Assembly (NCBI GenBank): GCA_023129115.1
Contig: JAGMCR010000012.1
Location: 20,667-84,666 of the forward strand
Source of the DNA: Candidatus Iainarchaeum sp.
GTDB taxonomy: Archaea; B1Sed10-29; WALL01
Reading direction: 5' to 3'
Length of the DNA: 64,000 nt
Part shown: positions 7,137 through 19,560 of the stretch, in pieces
How positions within the stretch are numbered: the first letter of the stretch is position 1
Layout of the letters: each line of letters starts with the position of its first letter
Translations under genes and position numbers: made by a program
Notes under the pieces: generated by a model
The model's database searches: none
What the model saw: only the letters and a program-made list of their open reading frames with translations
What the model was told of the DNA's origin: nothing

Positions 7137-8948
7137 ATGGAGGAAAGCAGCGTTTACATCAACGGCAAGCTCGTGGGGTTCCACGAGAACGGCAAGGAGC
7201 TCGTGGACAATATCCGCAAGAAGCGCCGCGCCAGTGAGCTCCCCATCGAGCTCAACGTCGCGTACTACCCAGACGTCGACGAGGTCTACATCAACGTGGA
7301 CGGTGGAAGGGCGAGGCGGCCATTGATTGTGGTCCAGGACGGTAAGTCCTTGCTCACCGAAAAGCACTGCGAGGCCCTCCAGAAGGGCAAGATTGCGTGG
7401 GACGACCTCCTCAAGGAAGGCGTCGCCGAATACCTCGACGCAGAAGAAGAAGAGAACGCGTACATCGCCACCACCAACGAAGCGGTGAACGACGAGCACA
7501 CCCACGTCGAAGTGCACCCGTCCCTGATTCTCGGCGTCATAACTTCCGCCGCGCCGTTCCCGGAGCACAATTCTGCCCCCAGGGTAACGATGGCGTCGGC
7601 GATGCTCAAGCAGGCCCTCGGCCTGTACCAGAGCAACTTCAACGTGCGCATGGACACGCAGGCGCACGTCATGCACTACCCCCAGGTTCCACTCGCACTC
7701 ACGAAGCAGAGCAGGATAATTGGTGCGCACAGGCGGCCGGCCGGCCAGAACCTGGTCGTCGCCATCATGCCGTTCTACGGCTACAACATGGAGGACGCGA
7801 TTATCCTGAACAAGGCGTCGGTCGAGAGGGGAATCGGCCGCACGATGTTCTACAGGACGTACACTGCGGAGGAGCGGAGGTACCCGGGCGGCCAGAAGGA
7901 CCGGTTCGAGCTGCCCAACCCCGAAATCCAGGGCTTCCGCGGCGAGGAGGCGTACAGGTTCCTCGGCGAGGACGGCATAATCAACCCCGAGGCGGAAATC
8001 GTGGGGGGCGACGTATTGATTGGGAAGACTTCGCCGCCAAGGTTTTTGGAAGAGGTTGGAGAACTCTCGATGATTGAGGAAAAGCGCAGGGAGAACTCAG
8101 TCATATTGAGGCACGGCGAATCGGGGACAGTCGACGCCGTAATGATTACCGAGGCGCCGACCGGGAACAAATTGGTCAAGGCGCGCGTGCGCACGCAGAA
8201 GATACCCGAAATCGGGGACAAGTTCGCGTCGCGGCACGGGCAGAAGGGCGTCGTGGGATTGATTGTGCCGCAGTACGACATGCCGTTCAACGAGCAGGGC
8301 ATAAGCCCGGACATAATCATGAACCCGCACGCTGTGCCGTCGAGGATGACGGTTGGCCACGTGCTCGAGATTATTGGGGGGAAGGCAAAGTCGCTTTCCG
8401 GCAAGGACTTCGACCCGACTGCGTTCGAGCCCACGGACTACGAGGGCATGAAGCGGGTGCTGCTCGAGAACGGGTTCCGGCCCAACGGCAAGGAAGTCAT
8501 GTACGACGGCAAGACCGGCCAGAAGATAACGGCCGAGATATTCGTTGGGGTAACTTACTACCAGAGGCTCAAGCACCTCGTGAGCAACAAGATGCACGCG
8601 AGGAGCCGCGGGCCGGTGCAGATACTGACCAGGCAGCCGACCGAGGGAAGGGCACGCGATGGTGGACTGCGGTTTGGTGAAATGGAAAGGGATACGCTGA
8701 TTGGCCACGGCGCGTCTATGCTTCTGCTCGAGCGCTTGCTCAAGGAGTCGGACCTGGTCGTGGAATTGGTGTGCGAGAAGTGCGGCTCGATTGCCGTCGA
8801 GGACCAGATACGCAAGAAGAAGTACTGCCCCGTGTGCGACTCGACCGACGTACAGCCCGTGGAGATGAGCTACGCGTTCAAGCTCTTGCTGAACGAGCTC
8901 AGGGCGCTGGACATTAGCCCCAAGCTAAAGCTGGAGGACAGGGCGTGA
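7137..8948 (+). CDS. rpoB1: RNA polymerase subunit B' (Rpo2C)
   Basis: GDKFASRHGQKG, RQPTEGRARDGGLRFGEMERD, C-terminal Zn ribbon. Confidence 0.96.
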   Translation: MEESSVYINGKLVGFHENGKELVDNIRKKRRASELPIELNVAYYPDVDEVYINVDGGRARRPLIVVQDGKSLLTEKHCEALQKGKIAWDDLLKEGVAEYLDAEEEENAYIATTNEAVNDEHTHVEVHPSLILGVITSAAPFPEHNSAPRVTMASAMLKQALGLYQSNFNVRMDTQAHVMHYPQVPLALTKQSRIIGAHRRPAGQNLVVAIMPFYGYNMEDAIILNKASVERGIGRTMFYRTYTAEERRYPGGQKDRFELPNPEIQGFRGEEAYRFLGEDGIINPEAEIVGGDVLIGKTSPPRFLEEVGELSMIEEKRRENSVILRHGESGTVDAVMITEAPTGNKLVKARVRTQKIPEIGDKFASRHGQKGVVGLIVPQYDMPFNEQGISPDIIMNPHAVPSRMTVGHVLEIIGGKAKSLSGKDFDPTAFEPTDYEGMKRVLLENGFRPNGKEVMYDGKTGQKITAEIFVGVTYYQRLKHLVSNKMHARSRGPVQILTRQPTEGRARDGGLRFGEMERDTLIGHGASMLLLERLLKESDLVVELVCEKCGSIAVEDQIRKKKYCPVCDSTDVQPVEMSYAFKLLLNELRALDISPKLKLEDRA

Positions 8949-11602
8949 TTGGCATGAGGATTGTACAGAAAAAAATCGGGAGCGTTGAGTTCGGGATTAT
9001 GACGCCCGAGGTAACGCGCAAGATGAGCCAAATCAGGGTCGTGACGCCAGACACTTATGACGAGGACGGCTACCCGATTGAGGGCGGCCTGATGGACCTG
9101 CACCTCGGGGTGATTGACCCCGGGCTGCGGTGCAAGGCGTGCGGCGCCAGGATGGTGAGCTGTCCAGGCCACTTCGGGCACATTGAATTGGTCAGGCCAG
9201 TGGTGCACGTGGGCTACGTCAAAATGGTCTACACGCTGCTCAAGGCGACGTGCAAGAGCTGCGGCAGGCTCCTGCTGGACAAGAAGGAGCTCGGCCAGTA
9301 CAAGGAGTTCATCACCGAAGAAGAGCGCGAGATGGACGAGGACGCGGCGCTCGACATTATCCAGCGGACCAAGAAGAGCAACAAGTGCCCGCACTGCGAG
9401 GCGAAGCAGCCCAGCATCAAGCTCATCAAGCCCACCACTTTCTTTGAGGAGGACCAACGGCTGTTGCCGAGCGACATCCGCAGGAGGATGGAGCTCATCC
9501 CGGACAACGACCTGAAGCTCCTGGGCATCAACTACAAGGTCGCGAGGCCCGAGTGGGGCATATTGACTGTGCTGCCCGTGCCCCCAGTCACGACCAGGCC
9601 GTCGATTACGCTGGAGACCGGCGAGAGGAGCGAGGACGACCTCACGCACAAGCTCGTGGACATACTGAGGATTAACCAGAGGCTCAGGGACAACATTGCA
9701 GCCGGCGCCCCGCAACTGATTATTGAAGACCTTTGGGATTTGCTGCAGTACCACGTCACCACGTACTTCAATAATGAAGTTTCTGGAATTCCGCCTGCGC
9801 GGCACAGGAGCGGGCGGCCGCTCAAGACGCTGGCGCAGAGGCTGAAGGGCAAGGAAGGAAGGTTCAGGTACAACCTGTCAGGGAAGCGCGTCAACTTCTC
9901 GGCAAGGACCGTGATTTCCCCGGACCCGAACCTGTCGATTAACCAGGTCGGCGTGCCGCTGCCGGTCGCGGAGGAGCTGACGGTCCCCGAGCACGTGACC
10001 GAGTGGAACATGGCCAATATTAAGGAATATATAACAAGCGAGAATTACCCCAAGGCCAATTACGTAATCAGGCCGGACGGCAGGAGGAAGAAGGTCACTG
10101 AAGTCAACCGGCCCGACATCCTCGAGGAGCTCGAGCCGGGATACATCATCGAGAGGCAGCTCAAGGAGGGCGACATTGTCCTGTTCAACAGGCAGCCCTC
10201 GCTCCACAGGATTTCGATGATGGCGCACATCGTGAAAGTGCTGCCCGGCAAGACCTTCAGGCTCCACCCCGCCGTGTGCAAGCCGTACAACGCAGACTTT
10301 GACGGCGACGAAATGAACCTCCACGTGCCCCAAACCGAAGAGGCGCGGGCAGAGGCGTGGAAGCTCATGCTGGTCCAGAACCAGATTATCTCGCCGAGGT
10401 ACGGCGCGCCCATCATCGTTGGCGACCAGGACTTCGTGAGCGGCGGCTACCTGATGACGCACCGCGACATGAGCTTTTCGAGGAGGCTCGCGGAGCGCGT
10501 CCTCGTGGCAGCGGGGATAGTGAGGCCCCCGAGCCCTGACCTGCCCAACGACAGGTTCTCTGGAAAGCTTTTGTTCTCGCAGTGCCTGCCCAAAGGCCTC
10601 AACATCAGCTACGAGAACAAGATGCTCCGCAGGGGCTGCAAGAAGTGCGAGAAGCACAAGTGCGACGAGCACGACTCGTTCGTGGTCATCAGGAACGGCA
10701 AGCTCCTCAGGGGCGTAATCGACAAGGTGAGCTATCAGGGCATCCTGCTCGACACGATTTTCAGGGAGTTCGGCGCAGAGGCGGCGAGGGAGTTCATCGA
10801 CAAGAGCACCAAGATGGTCATCGTGGCGATGATGGACCACGGCCTCACGATTTCGGTGTCGGACTACGAAATCGACGAAGAGACCAGCAAAAAAATTGAC
10901 GCAGTGGTCGCCAAGTCCGAGGAAGAGGTCAACGACTTCATCGACAGGTACCGCAACGGCCAGCTCAAGCACATCCCCGGCAAGACGCTGCAGGAAACGC
11001 TCGAGGACAACATCATGGCAATCCTCGGCAGGGCGAGGATGGACAGCGGCGAGGCCGCTGGCGACTACCTCGGCGACAAGTCGTCTCCAATGATTATCAG
11101 CCGCGTCGGCGCAAGGGGCTCGATACTGAACGTGACACAGATGAGCGCCCTCGTGGGCCAGCAGGCGGTGCGTGGCGGCAGGGTTCTGCGTGGCTACCGC
11201 AACAAGTCATTGCCCCACTTCAAGGATGGGGACATCGGCATGCGGGCGCGCGGCTTTGTCGAGCACAGCTTCTACGATGGCCTGCTGCCGGTCGAGTACT
11301 TCTTCCACGCAATGGGTGGCCGTGAGGGTTTGGTCGACAAGGGCATCCGTACCGCCAAAAGCGGGTACATGCAGCGCAGGCTGATTAACGCGCTGCAGGA
11401 CCTGGTGCTCCGGGAGGACGGGACCGTGCGGGACGCGACGGACACAGTGGTGCAGTTCGTGTACGGCGAGGACGGCGTGGACCCGATGAAGTGCTACGGC
11501 AACAACGCCATCAAGGTGCGGGACGAGGTCATCTATTACGACGAGGTGGACAGGGGAGAAAGCACCGAGTTCGAGGAGACGGGCGGTGATGAGTATGACT
11601 AA
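8945..11602 (+). CDS. rpoA1: RNA polymerase subunit A' (Rpo1N)
   Basis: Catalytic YNADFDGDEMN, CPGHFGH; start may be ATG 8954. Confidence 0.97.
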   Translation: MIGMRIVQKKIGSVEFGIMTPEVTRKMSQIRVVTPDTYDEDGYPIEGGLMDLHLGVIDPGLRCKACGARMVSCPGHFGHIELVRPVVHVGYVKMVYTLLKATCKSCGRLLLDKKELGQYKEFITEEEREMDEDAALDIIQRTKKSNKCPHCEAKQPSIKLIKPTTFFEEDQRLLPSDIRRRMELIPDNDLKLLGINYKVARPEWGILTVLPVPPVTTRPSITLETGERSEDDLTHKLVDILRINQRLRDNIAAGAPQLIIEDLWDLLQYHVTTYFNNEVSGIPPARHRSGRPLKTLAQRLKGKEGRFRYNLSGKRVNFSARTVISPDPNLSINQVGVPLPVAEELTVPEHVTEWNMANIKEYITSENYPKANYVIRPDGRRKKVTEVNRPDILEELEPGYIIERQLKEGDIVLFNRQPSLHRISMMAHIVKVLPGKTFRLHPAVCKPYNADFDGDEMNLHVPQTEEARAEAWKLMLVQNQIISPRYGAPIIVGDQDFVSGGYLMTHRDMSFSRRLAERVLVAAGIVRPPSPDLPNDRFSGKLLFSQCLPKGLNISYENKMLRRGCKKCEKHKCDEHDSFVVIRNGKLLRGVIDKVSYQGILLDTIFREFGAEAAREFIDKSTKMVIVAMMDHGLTISVSDYEIDEETSKKIDAVVAKSEEEVNDFIDRYRNGQLKHIPGKTLQETLEDNIMAILGRARMDSGEAAGDYLGDKSSPMIISRVGARGSILNVTQMSALVGQQAVRGGRVLRGYRNKSLPHFKDGDIGMRARGFVEHSFYDGLLPVEYFFHAMGGREGLVDKGIRTAKSGYMQRRLINALQDLVLREDGTVRDATDTVVQFVYGEDGVDPMKCYGNNAIKVRDEVIYYDEVDRGESTEFEETGGDEYD

Positions 11603-12823
<1,221 letters not shown>

Positions 12824-12827
12824 ACAG

Positions 12828-13145
12828 GTGGTCGAAGTGGAAGACACCGAAATCATCAAGAGGGTCGTCGAGAACGGCGAGGTGAAGATAGGCTCCCGCA
12901 GCGTCAGCAAAGAGCTGAACAAGGGAAAGCCCAAGCTCGTGGTCGTGAGCTCCAATTGCCCGCGCTCGATCAAGGAAGAGATTGAGGGCAAGGCCAAGGC
13001 GGCGAAGACCCCGGTCTACGGCTACACGGGCACGAGCCTGGAGCTCGGGGAAGTGTGCAGGAAGCCGTTCCCGATTTCCGCGATGGCCGTGGTCAGCCCG
13101 GGAGACGCCAACATCGCCCAGCTCGTCAAGGGGGGCAAAGCGTGA
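12828..13145 (+). CDS. rpl30e: 50S ribosomal protein L30e
   Basis: SSNCP, GTSLELGEVCRKPF; operon position. Confidence 0.92.
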   Translation: MVEVEDTEIIKRVVENGEVKIGSRSVSKELNKGKPKLVVVSSNCPRSIKEEIEGKAKAAKTPVYGYTGTSLELGEVCRKPFPISAMAVVSPGDANIAQLVKGGKA

Positions 13146-13540
13146 AGCTTGGCATGGACGAGCTGCAGTACATAAGCGTTATCGAGAAGATAACCAAGGC
13201 GCGCGTCAAGGACTGCGTCTTGATTGAGGGGGAGCTCGTGGTTGTCGTGGGCGAGGGCGAGATGGGCCTTGCCATAGGGCGGAACGGCGAGAACGCGGAA
13301 AAGGTCCGCGAGACCATCGGGAAAAAGGTATCGTTCATAGAGTTCTCCGAGGACACGGAGAAGTTCATCAGGAAGCTGTTCGCCCCCGCCGTGCTTGAGT
13401 CGGTGGAAGTGGACGGCGAGACCGTGAGGCTGAAGGCCAGAGAGACCCAGCGGGTCATCGGGAAGGGCGGCAAGCGCAGGAAGCGCGCCGAGACCCTGCT
13501 CGACCGGCACTTCGGCATAAAAAACGTGGTAATAAACTAA
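13142..13540 (+). CDS. nusA: Archaeal NusA (KH domains)
   Basis: GLAIGRNG and VIGKGG KH motifs; GTG start overlapping L30e stop. Confidence 0.9.
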   Translation: MKLGMDELQYISVIEKITKARVKDCVLIEGELVVVVGEGEMGLAIGRNGENAEKVRETIGKKVSFIEFSEDTEKFIRKLFAPAVLESVEVDGETVRLKARETQRVIGKGGKRRKRAETLLDRHFGIKNVVIN

Positions 13541-13553
13541 AGGGTGATAAAAA

Positions 13554-13979
13554 ATGCCAGGGAAGTTTGCTGCACGAAAGCTCAAGGCCAAGAGGCAGGC
13601 GACGAAGTGGAAGTCGCCGGAGTACAAGAAGAAAGTGCTTAAGCTCAAGAAGAAGCATGACCCCATGGGCGGCTCGCCGCAGGCCAAGGGCATAGTGCTG
13701 CAAAAGGTCGCGCTGGAGGCCAAGCAGCCGAACTCCGGGCTGCGGAAGTGCGTCAGGGTGCAGCTCATCAAGAACGGCAAGCAGGTCACTGCCTTTGCCC
13801 CTGGCGACAAGGCAATCACGTTCATCGAGGAGCACGACGAGGTAATGGTCGAGAAGCTCCGCGCGTCGAAGCGCGGGACGCTGGGCGACCTGCCGGGCGT
13901 GCGGTGGAAGGTCATCAAGGTAAACGGAATCCCACTCGAGGAAATGAGGCGTGGCAGGAAGGAGAAGCCGGTCAGGTGA
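13554..13979 (+). CDS. rps12: 30S ribosomal protein S12
   Basis: [21 protein letters not shown]. Confidence 0.96.
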   Translation: MPGKFAARKLKAKRQATKWKSPEYKKKVLKLKKKHDPMGGSPQAKGIVLQKVALEAKQPNSGLRKCVRVQLIKNGKQVTAFAPGDKAITFIEEHDEVMVEKLRASKRGTLGDLPGVRWKVIKVNGIPLEEMRRGRKEKPVR

Positions 13980-13984
13980 TTTTA

Positions 13985-14572
13985 ATGTTTGAGGAATGGG
14001 ACACTAAGGACGTCGTCGTGAGCGACCCTGGGCTGATTAGCTACATCAACCTCAAGAGCGCCGGGATGCACAGCCACGGCAGGCACACCGCGAAGCAGTT
14101 CGGCAAGAGCGAAATCAGCATTGTCGAGAGGCTCGTGAACTCAATCATGAGGTCTTGCTCCGGCAAGAAAATCGGCGGCAAGATGGTGCACCACCGCTTC
14201 GGCTGCGGCAAGAAGACCGCGGCAATCAAGGCCGTGCGCGGGGCCTTCGGGGCAATCGAGAAGAAGAGCAAGAAGAACCCTATTCAAGTGCTTGTGGCCG
14301 CAATCGAGAACTCGGCGCCCCGGGAAGAGACCACGCGCGTCAAGTTCGGCGGAATCACGCGGCACATCGCCGTGGACATCTCTCCGCAGCGCCGGGTGGA
14401 CTTCGCGCTCAGGAACATTTCCGTTGCGGCCCTGGGCAAGGCGTACAAGAGCAAGAAGAGCCGGGCAGAGGCGCTTGCCGAAGAAATACTCGCGGCCTCA
14501 GAAAACGACAACAACTGCATGGCCATCCAGAAGAAGAACGAAATGGAGCGCGTCGCTAAGGGAGCGAGATGA
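13985..14572 (+). CDS. rps7: 30S ribosomal protein S7
   Basis: [28 protein letters not shown]. Confidence 0.95.
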   Translation: MFEEWDTKDVVVSDPGLISYINLKSAGMHSHGRHTAKQFGKSEISIVERLVNSIMRSCSGKKIGGKMVHHRFGCGKKTAAIKAVRGAFGAIEKKSKKNPIQVLVAAIENSAPREETTRVKFGGITRHIAVDISPQRRVDFALRNISVAALGKAYKSKKSRAEALAEEILAASENDNNCMAIQKKNEMERVAKGAR

Positions 14573-14573
14573 G

Positions 14574-16766
14574 ATGGGACGGCGTGAAGAGATGGTTGAG
14601 CGCGTCAGCGCCCTGATGGACAACAAGAAGCAGATCAGGAATCTGGGAGTGGTGGCGCACATTGACCACGGCAAGACAACCATGACCGACAATTTGATAG
14701 CCGGCGCAGGCATGATGAGCGAAGAGCTCGCCGGAAAGCAGCTTGTGATGGACTTCCACGAGGACGAGCAGCAGCGCGGGATTACCATCAACGCCGCGAA
14801 CATCTCGATTGTCCAGACCTACAAGGACAATGACTACTTAATCAACATCATCGACACGCCGGGGCACGTGGACTTCTCGGGCGACGTGACGCGCGCGATG
14901 CGCGCGGTGGACGGCGCGATTGTGGTCGTGTGCGCTGTGGAGGGGTCGATGCCGCAGACAGAGACCGTTTTGAGGCAAGCGCTGAAGGAGAAGGTGCGGC
15001 CGGTGCTGTTCATCAACAAGGTGGACCGGCTCATTAACGAGCTGCAGGTGACCCCCGAGGAGATGCAGAAGCGGTTCGTCAAGATAATCGCGAAGTTCAA
15101 CGACTCGGTGCGCAAGATGGCGCCGAAGGAGTTCAGGAGTGAGTGGCAGGTCAAGCCGGAAGATGGCACGGTCACGTTCGGGAGCGCGTACAACAACTGG
15201 GCAATCAGCGTGCCGTACATGCAGAAGGCGGGGATAACGTTCAAGGACATTTACGACAGCTGCAAGCAGGAAACGCAGAAGGAGCTCGCCAAGCAGATTC
15301 CGCTGCACAGCGTCATGCTCGAGATGGTGTTCAACCACCTGCCGAACCCAGAGGACGCGCAGAAGTACCGGATTCCCACGATTTGGAGGGGCGACGCCGA
15401 AAGCGAGGTCGGGAAGGCAATGGCGGAGTGCGACGAGAACGGGCCACTCGCCATGATGGTGACGAACGTTTCGATTGACCCGCACGCGGGCGACGTCGCG
15501 ACTTGCAGGCTGTTCTCCGGGAAAATCATGAAGGGCATGAAGCTCCAGCTCGTGAACGCGGTGAAGGAGAACACCGTGCAGCAGGTCGGCCTTTACATGG
15601 GGGCGGAGAGGATTAATGTCCCCAACGTGACTGCGGGCAACATCGTCGCGGTTACCGGGCTTCGGGACGCCTACGCGGGCGAGACCGTGGCGAGCGAGCG
15701 CATCGAGTCGTTCGAGGCCATGAAGCACTTCAGCGAGCCAGTGATTACGAAGAGCATTGAGGCCAAGAACACTTCGGACCTGCCGAAGCTGGTCGAGGTA
15801 TTGAGGCAGGTGGGGAAAGAGGACCCGATGATTAGGATTGAAATCAACGAGGAGACGGGCGAGCACTTGATTTCGGGCATGGGCGAGCTGCACCTCGAGG
15901 TTATCGAGGACAGGATTCGCAAGGAGAGGAAGCTCGAGGTCGAGACCTCCCCCCCGATTATTGTTTACAGGGAAACGGTTTCGAAGGAGTCGCCCGTGGT
16001 CGAGGGCAAGTCGCCGAACCGCCACAACCGGTTTTATATTATCGCGGAGCCGCTGGAGGATGAGGTCTACCAGGCCATGGTCGACGGCGAAATCACTGAG
16101 CGGGACGCGAAGCAGTCCAAGGAACTGGCCAAGAAATTGGTGGAGCTTGGGATGGCCAAGGACGAGTGCAAGAAGCCGTGGGCCGTGTACAACAAGAACC
16201 TGTTCCTGGATCGCTCGAAGGGCGTGCAGAACCTGAACGAGACCAAGGACCTGCTCGTGCAGGGGTTCAGGGAGGCCATGACCAAGGGCCCAATTGCCCA
16301 GGAAAAAGTGACCAAGGTCAAGATTATACTGATGGACGCGAAGCTGCACGAGGACGCGGTGCACCGCGGGCCGTCGCAGACGCTGCCCGCAATCAAGCGG
16401 CCGATTTACGCGGCCATGCTTTTGGGGGGGGCGATGCTGCTGGAGCCAATCCAGAAGGTGTTCATCACTGTCCCGGCGGAGCAGATGGGCTCTGTGACCA
16501 AAGATTTGCAGTCCAGGCGGGGGCAAATCCTGTCGATGGACCAGGAAGAGGAGCAGATAGTGATTGGCGGGAAGGCGCCGATTGCCGAGATGTTCGGGTT
16601 TGCGGGCGATATCCGGAGCGCGACGCAGGGCAAGGCCTTGTGGAGCACGGAGTACTCCGGGTACGAGAAGCTGCCGCATGACCTGCAGCCAAAGCTAACG
16701 CGGCAGATACGGGAGAGGAAGGGGTTGAAGCCCGAGCCACCTGTTGCGAAGGATTTTATGGAGTAA
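14574..16766 (+). CDS. fusA: Elongation factor EF-2
   Basis: [21 protein letters not shown], diphthamide loop HEDAVHRG. Confidence 0.97.
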   Translation: MGRREEMVERVSALMDNKKQIRNLGVVAHIDHGKTTMTDNLIAGAGMMSEELAGKQLVMDFHEDEQQRGITINAANISIVQTYKDNDYLINIIDTPGHVDFSGDVTRAMRAVDGAIVVVCAVEGSMPQTETVLRQALKEKVRPVLFINKVDRLINELQVTPEEMQKRFVKIIAKFNDSVRKMAPKEFRSEWQVKPEDGTVTFGSAYNNWAISVPYMQKAGITFKDIYDSCKQETQKELAKQIPLHSVMLEMVFNHLPNPEDAQKYRIPTIWRGDAESEVGKAMAECDENGPLAMMVTNVSIDPHAGDVATCRLFSGKIMKGMKLQLVNAVKENTVQQVGLYMGAERINVPNVTAGNIVAVTGLRDAYAGETVASERIESFEAMKHFSEPVITKSIEAKNTSDLPKLVEVLRQVGKEDPMIRIEINEETGEHLISGMGELHLEVIEDRIRKERKLEVETSPPIIVYRETVSKESPVVEGKSPNRHNRFYIIAEPLEDEVYQAMVDGEITERDAKQSKELAKKLVELGMAKDECKKPWAVYNKNLFLDRSKGVQNLNETKDLLVQGFREAMTKGPIAQEKVTKVKIILMDAKLHEDAVHRGPSQTLPAIKRPIYAAMLLGGAMLLEPIQKVFITVPAEQMGSVTKDLQSRRGQILSMDQEEEQIVIGGKAPIAEMFGFAGDIRSATQGKALWSTEYSGYEKLPHDLQPKLTRQIRERKGLKPEPPVAKDFME

Positions 16767-16827
16767 CGTTAATAAACCACTAAATTAAAAACAAAGGAGT
16801 TTTCTTTCGTTTAAAGGAGGGAAGAAT

Positions 16828-18093
16828 ATGGCAGAGAAACCACACCTGAACCTCGTTTTCATTGGCCACGTGGACCACGGGAAATCCACCCTAGTGGGCA
16901 GGATCCTGTACAACACCGGCGCGGTCGACGAGAACACTATGAGGAAGCTAAAAGAGGAGGCTGAAAAGCTCGGAAAGGCGACTTTTGAGTTCGCTTTCGT
17001 GATGGACAGGCTCAAAGAAGAGCGTGAACGTGGAGTCACCATCGACCTTGCGCACAAGGAGTTTAAGACTGACAAGTATTACTTCACGATTATTGACGCG
17101 CCGGGCCACAGGGACTTCGTCAAGAACATGATTACTGGCGCCTCGCAGGCAGACGCTGCGGTGCTGGTTGTTGACGTCAAGGACGGCGTCCAGCCCCAGA
17201 CCAAGGAACACGCGTTCCTTTCCAGGACTCTGGGCATCAAGCAGCTGATTGTCGCAATCAATAAGATGGACGCGGTCGACTTCGCTGAAGACAAGTACAA
17301 CGATGCCAAGTCGGCGGTCGCGACGCTGCTGAAGACCATCGGGTACAACACGGACCAGATTCCGTTCATCCCGACTTCGGCTTATGCGGACGCGAACGTG
17401 ACCGCCAAAAGCGACAAGATGGGTTGGTACAAGGGGGTCATACTGCTGGACGCGCTTAACACGCTGACAGTGCCCGACAAGCCCACTGGAAAGCCGCTCA
17501 GGCTGCCTGTGCAGGACGTCTACACCATTACCGGGATTGGCACAGTGCCGGTTGGCCGTGTCGAGACCGGTGTGCTGAAGGTCGGGCAGGCCATCGTTGT
17601 TTCGCCTTCGGGCGCAAAGGGCGAGGTCAAGACCATCGAGATGCACCACCAGCAGATGCAGGAGGCCGGCCCCGGCGACAACGTCGGGTTCAACGTGCGT
17701 GGCCTCGGCAAGAATGACGTCAAGCGCGGTGACGTAATTGGCTCGGCAGACAGCCCGCCGACCGTCGCCAAGGAGTTTATTGCACAGATTGTGGTGCTAC
17801 AGCACCCGAGCGCGGTTACGGCTGGGTACACTCCGGTGTTCCACTGCCACACTGCGCAGGTCGCGTGCACTTTGGTTGAGCTCCAGAAGAAGCTTGACCC
17901 CAAGACGGGTGGCGTGCTCGAGGAGAACCCCAAGTTCTTGAAGACGGGCGACGTCGCAATCGTCAAGATTGTGCCGACCAAGCCGCTTTGCATCGAGAGC
18001 GCGAAGGACTTCCCAGAGCTCGGACGGTTCGCCGTTCGTGACATGGGGCAGACCGTCGCCGCCGGAATGGTGCAGAGCGTGACTCCGAAGTGA
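16828..18093 (+). CDS. tuf: Elongation factor EF-1 alpha
   Basis: [30 protein letters not shown]. Confidence 0.97.
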   Translation: MAEKPHLNLVFIGHVDHGKSTLVGRILYNTGAVDENTMRKLKEEAEKLGKATFEFAFVMDRLKEERERGVTIDLAHKEFKTDKYYFTIIDAPGHRDFVKNMITGASQADAAVLVVDVKDGVQPQTKEHAFLSRTLGIKQLIVAINKMDAVDFAEDKYNDAKSAVATLLKTIGYNTDQIPFIPTSAYADANVTAKSDKMGWYKGVILLDALNTLTVPDKPTGKPLRLPVQDVYTITGIGTVPVGRVETGVLKVGQAIVVSPSGAKGEVKTIEMHHQQMQEAGPGDNVGFNVRGLGKNDVKRGDVIGSADSPPTVAKEFIAQIVVLQHPSAVTAGYTPVFHCHTAQVACTLVELQKKLDPKTGGVLEENPKFLKTGDVAIVKIVPTKPLCIESAKDFPELGRFAVRDMGQTVAAGMVQSVTPK

Positions 18094-18142
18094 AACCGGA
18101 GGGATTTCTTCCCTCCCCCCTTTTAATTTTCAGGAATGATAG

Positions 18143-18463
18143 ATGATGACGCAGGTCGCGACCGTGAAGCTGACTGGGCCGGACTTCAAGAGACTGGACA
18201 GTGTATGCAACCAAATCAAGGACATTTGCCAGAAGACTGGTGCCAAGGTCAGCGGGCCGGTCCCCCTGCCCACGAAGAAGCTTAAGCTGCCCGTCAGGAA
18301 AAGCCCTTGCGGCGACGGGTCTGAGACGTTCGAGCACTGGCAAATGAGGATTCACAAGCGCTTGCTCAACATCGAGACCGACGAACGCACGCTCAGGCAG
18401 GTCATGAGGGTGCAAGTGCCTGACCAGGTGCACATCGAAATCGAGCTCAAGGAAAGCTCTTGA
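18143..18463 (+). CDS. rps10: 30S ribosomal protein S10
   Basis: GPVPLPTK, RKSPCGDG, MRIHKRL. Confidence 0.95.
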   Translation: MMTQVATVKLTGPDFKRLDSVCNQIKDICQKTGAKVSGPVPLPTKKLKLPVRKSPCGDGSETFEHWQMRIHKRLLNIETDERTLRQVMRVQVPDQVHIEIELKESS

Positions 18464-18520
18464 GCCCCTTTTTCTGCAAGGTTTTTTTATAGGGTAGTGC
18501 GAAGAATAAACCCACTCAAA

Positions 18521-18637
18521 GCTGAGGTGGCGGAATCCAGCTGAAATGTCAGCTGGCACCGTGTGCCTTCGGCTACTATCCACTAGCCTGGGGGGGTGCT
18601 TCCCAGGGTAGCGGGGGGCTGTGCCCCCCAAGACGCT
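18521..18637 (-). repeat. Degenerate copy of the tRNA-Ser 5' end plus reverse-oriented hairpin element E0
   Basis: GCTGAGGTGGCGGAATCC (18521-18538) vs GCTAGGGTGGCGGAATCC (18638-18655); CCAGCTGAAATGTCAGCTGGCAC is the family terminal hairpin in reverse. Confidence 0.8.
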
Positions 18638-18722
18638 GCTAGGGTGGCGGAATCCGGTTAACGCGCGCGCCTCGAGAGCGTGTGGGGGCAACCCCATGCA
18701 GGTTCAAATCCTGCCCCTAGCG
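18638..18722 (+). tRNA. tRNA-Ser(CGA)
   Basis: Acceptor GCTAGGG/CCCTAGC, anticodon arm CGCGC-CTCGAGA-GCGTG, long variable arm, G73. Confidence 0.93.
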
Positions 18723-18728
18723 CTCAAT

Positions 18729-18814
18729 GCGCATTAGGGCACTCGTCCGGCCTTGTGCCGGACAACGTGCCAGCTGAGTTTTCAGCTGGTTTGAACCTGC
18801 CCCTAGCGCTCAAT
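18729..18814 (+). repeat. Modular hairpin element E4 (after tRNA-Ser CGA)
   Basis: AACGTGCCAGCTGAGTTTTCAGCTGG followed by an exact 19-nt copy CCTGCCCCTAGCGCTCAAT (18710-18728 and 18796-18814). Confidence 0.85.
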
Positions 18815-18828
18815 CCCTGGTGAGACTT

Positions 18829-19518
18829 ATGAAGCTGGCTTTTACTGACATCGACGGGACGCTGCTGGAGGGGTTCATCAGCGTCGGGTTTGTGGACTAC
18901 CTGGTGCAAAAGGGAGTGGTCAAGCCTGAATACGGCGAGGCACAGGACAATCTCATGCAGAGGTTTTACTGTGGGGGGGTTGAGTACCTCCCGTGGCTCG
19001 CGGAGTGGTGCGGCATTTGGGCAAAGGCATTAACGGGCCTCCGCCAGGACGACATAATCAGCGAGTCAAAAGCGTTTTTCGAGCTGTTCAAGCAAAACAT
19101 TTTCCCGAACTCCAAAGCGCTCGTGGGGCTCCTGCACGAGAACGGCTTCAAGGCCGTGGGAATCAGCGTTGGGGCGCTTGAGGCCCAGGAGCGCGTGGCA
19201 GAAGAGCTTGGGCTCGACCAGGTCTTTGCCACTACTGTTGGCGTCGAGGGCGGGGCCTACACCGGCAGCATCACGTCCGACCTCCATAGCGCGGACGGCA
19301 AGGAGCGGCTAATCAAGAGGCTGCTGGAAGAGAACAACGTGGGGAAGAGCGTCTGCCTCGGCTTCGGGGACACGCTCCACGACAGCCAGATTTTCCTGAA
19401 CGTGGGAAAACCAATGCCCCTGAACCCCAACCCTGCGCTGGAGGAGCTGGCGAACCAAAACGGCTGGACAGTGGCGCGGGACAGCGACGTCCTCGAGAAG
19501 GTAAGGCCCCTGCTTTGA
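18829..19518 (+). CDS. HAD-IB family phosphatase (SerB-like)
   Basis: DIDGTL motif I, GK motif III, GDTLHD motif IV. Confidence 0.85.
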   Translation: MKLAFTDIDGTLLEGFISVGFVDYLVQKGVVKPEYGEAQDNLMQRFYCGGVEYLPWLAEWCGIWAKALTGLRQDDIISESKAFFELFKQNIFPNSKALVGLLHENGFKAVGISVGALEAQERVAEELGLDQVFATTVGVEGGAYTGSITSDLHSADGKERLIKRLLEENNVGKSVCLGFGDTLHDSQIFLNVGKPMPLNPNPALEELANQNGWTVARDSDVLEKVRPLL

Positions 19519-19560
19519 CAGCCATACAATTTTATACATCAGGCGATTCAATACCCCTTG

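Noticed and set aside
14292-14573. N-terminal extensions in the ORF track (EF-2, S7, rpoD, gltX, L18e, methyltransferase 3756)
   Set aside because: They overlap upstream genes or tRNAs; downstream starts match the family N-termini.
14838-16679. Long antisense ORFs (for example 613 aa opposite EF-2, 475 aa opposite S3/L29)
   Set aside because: Shadow frames caused by high GC at third codon positions of well-conserved plus-strand genes.
18521-18538. Split (trans-spliced) tRNA half
   Set aside because: Only 18 degenerate nt, no BHB-forming leader, and an intact copy lies 117 nt downstream.
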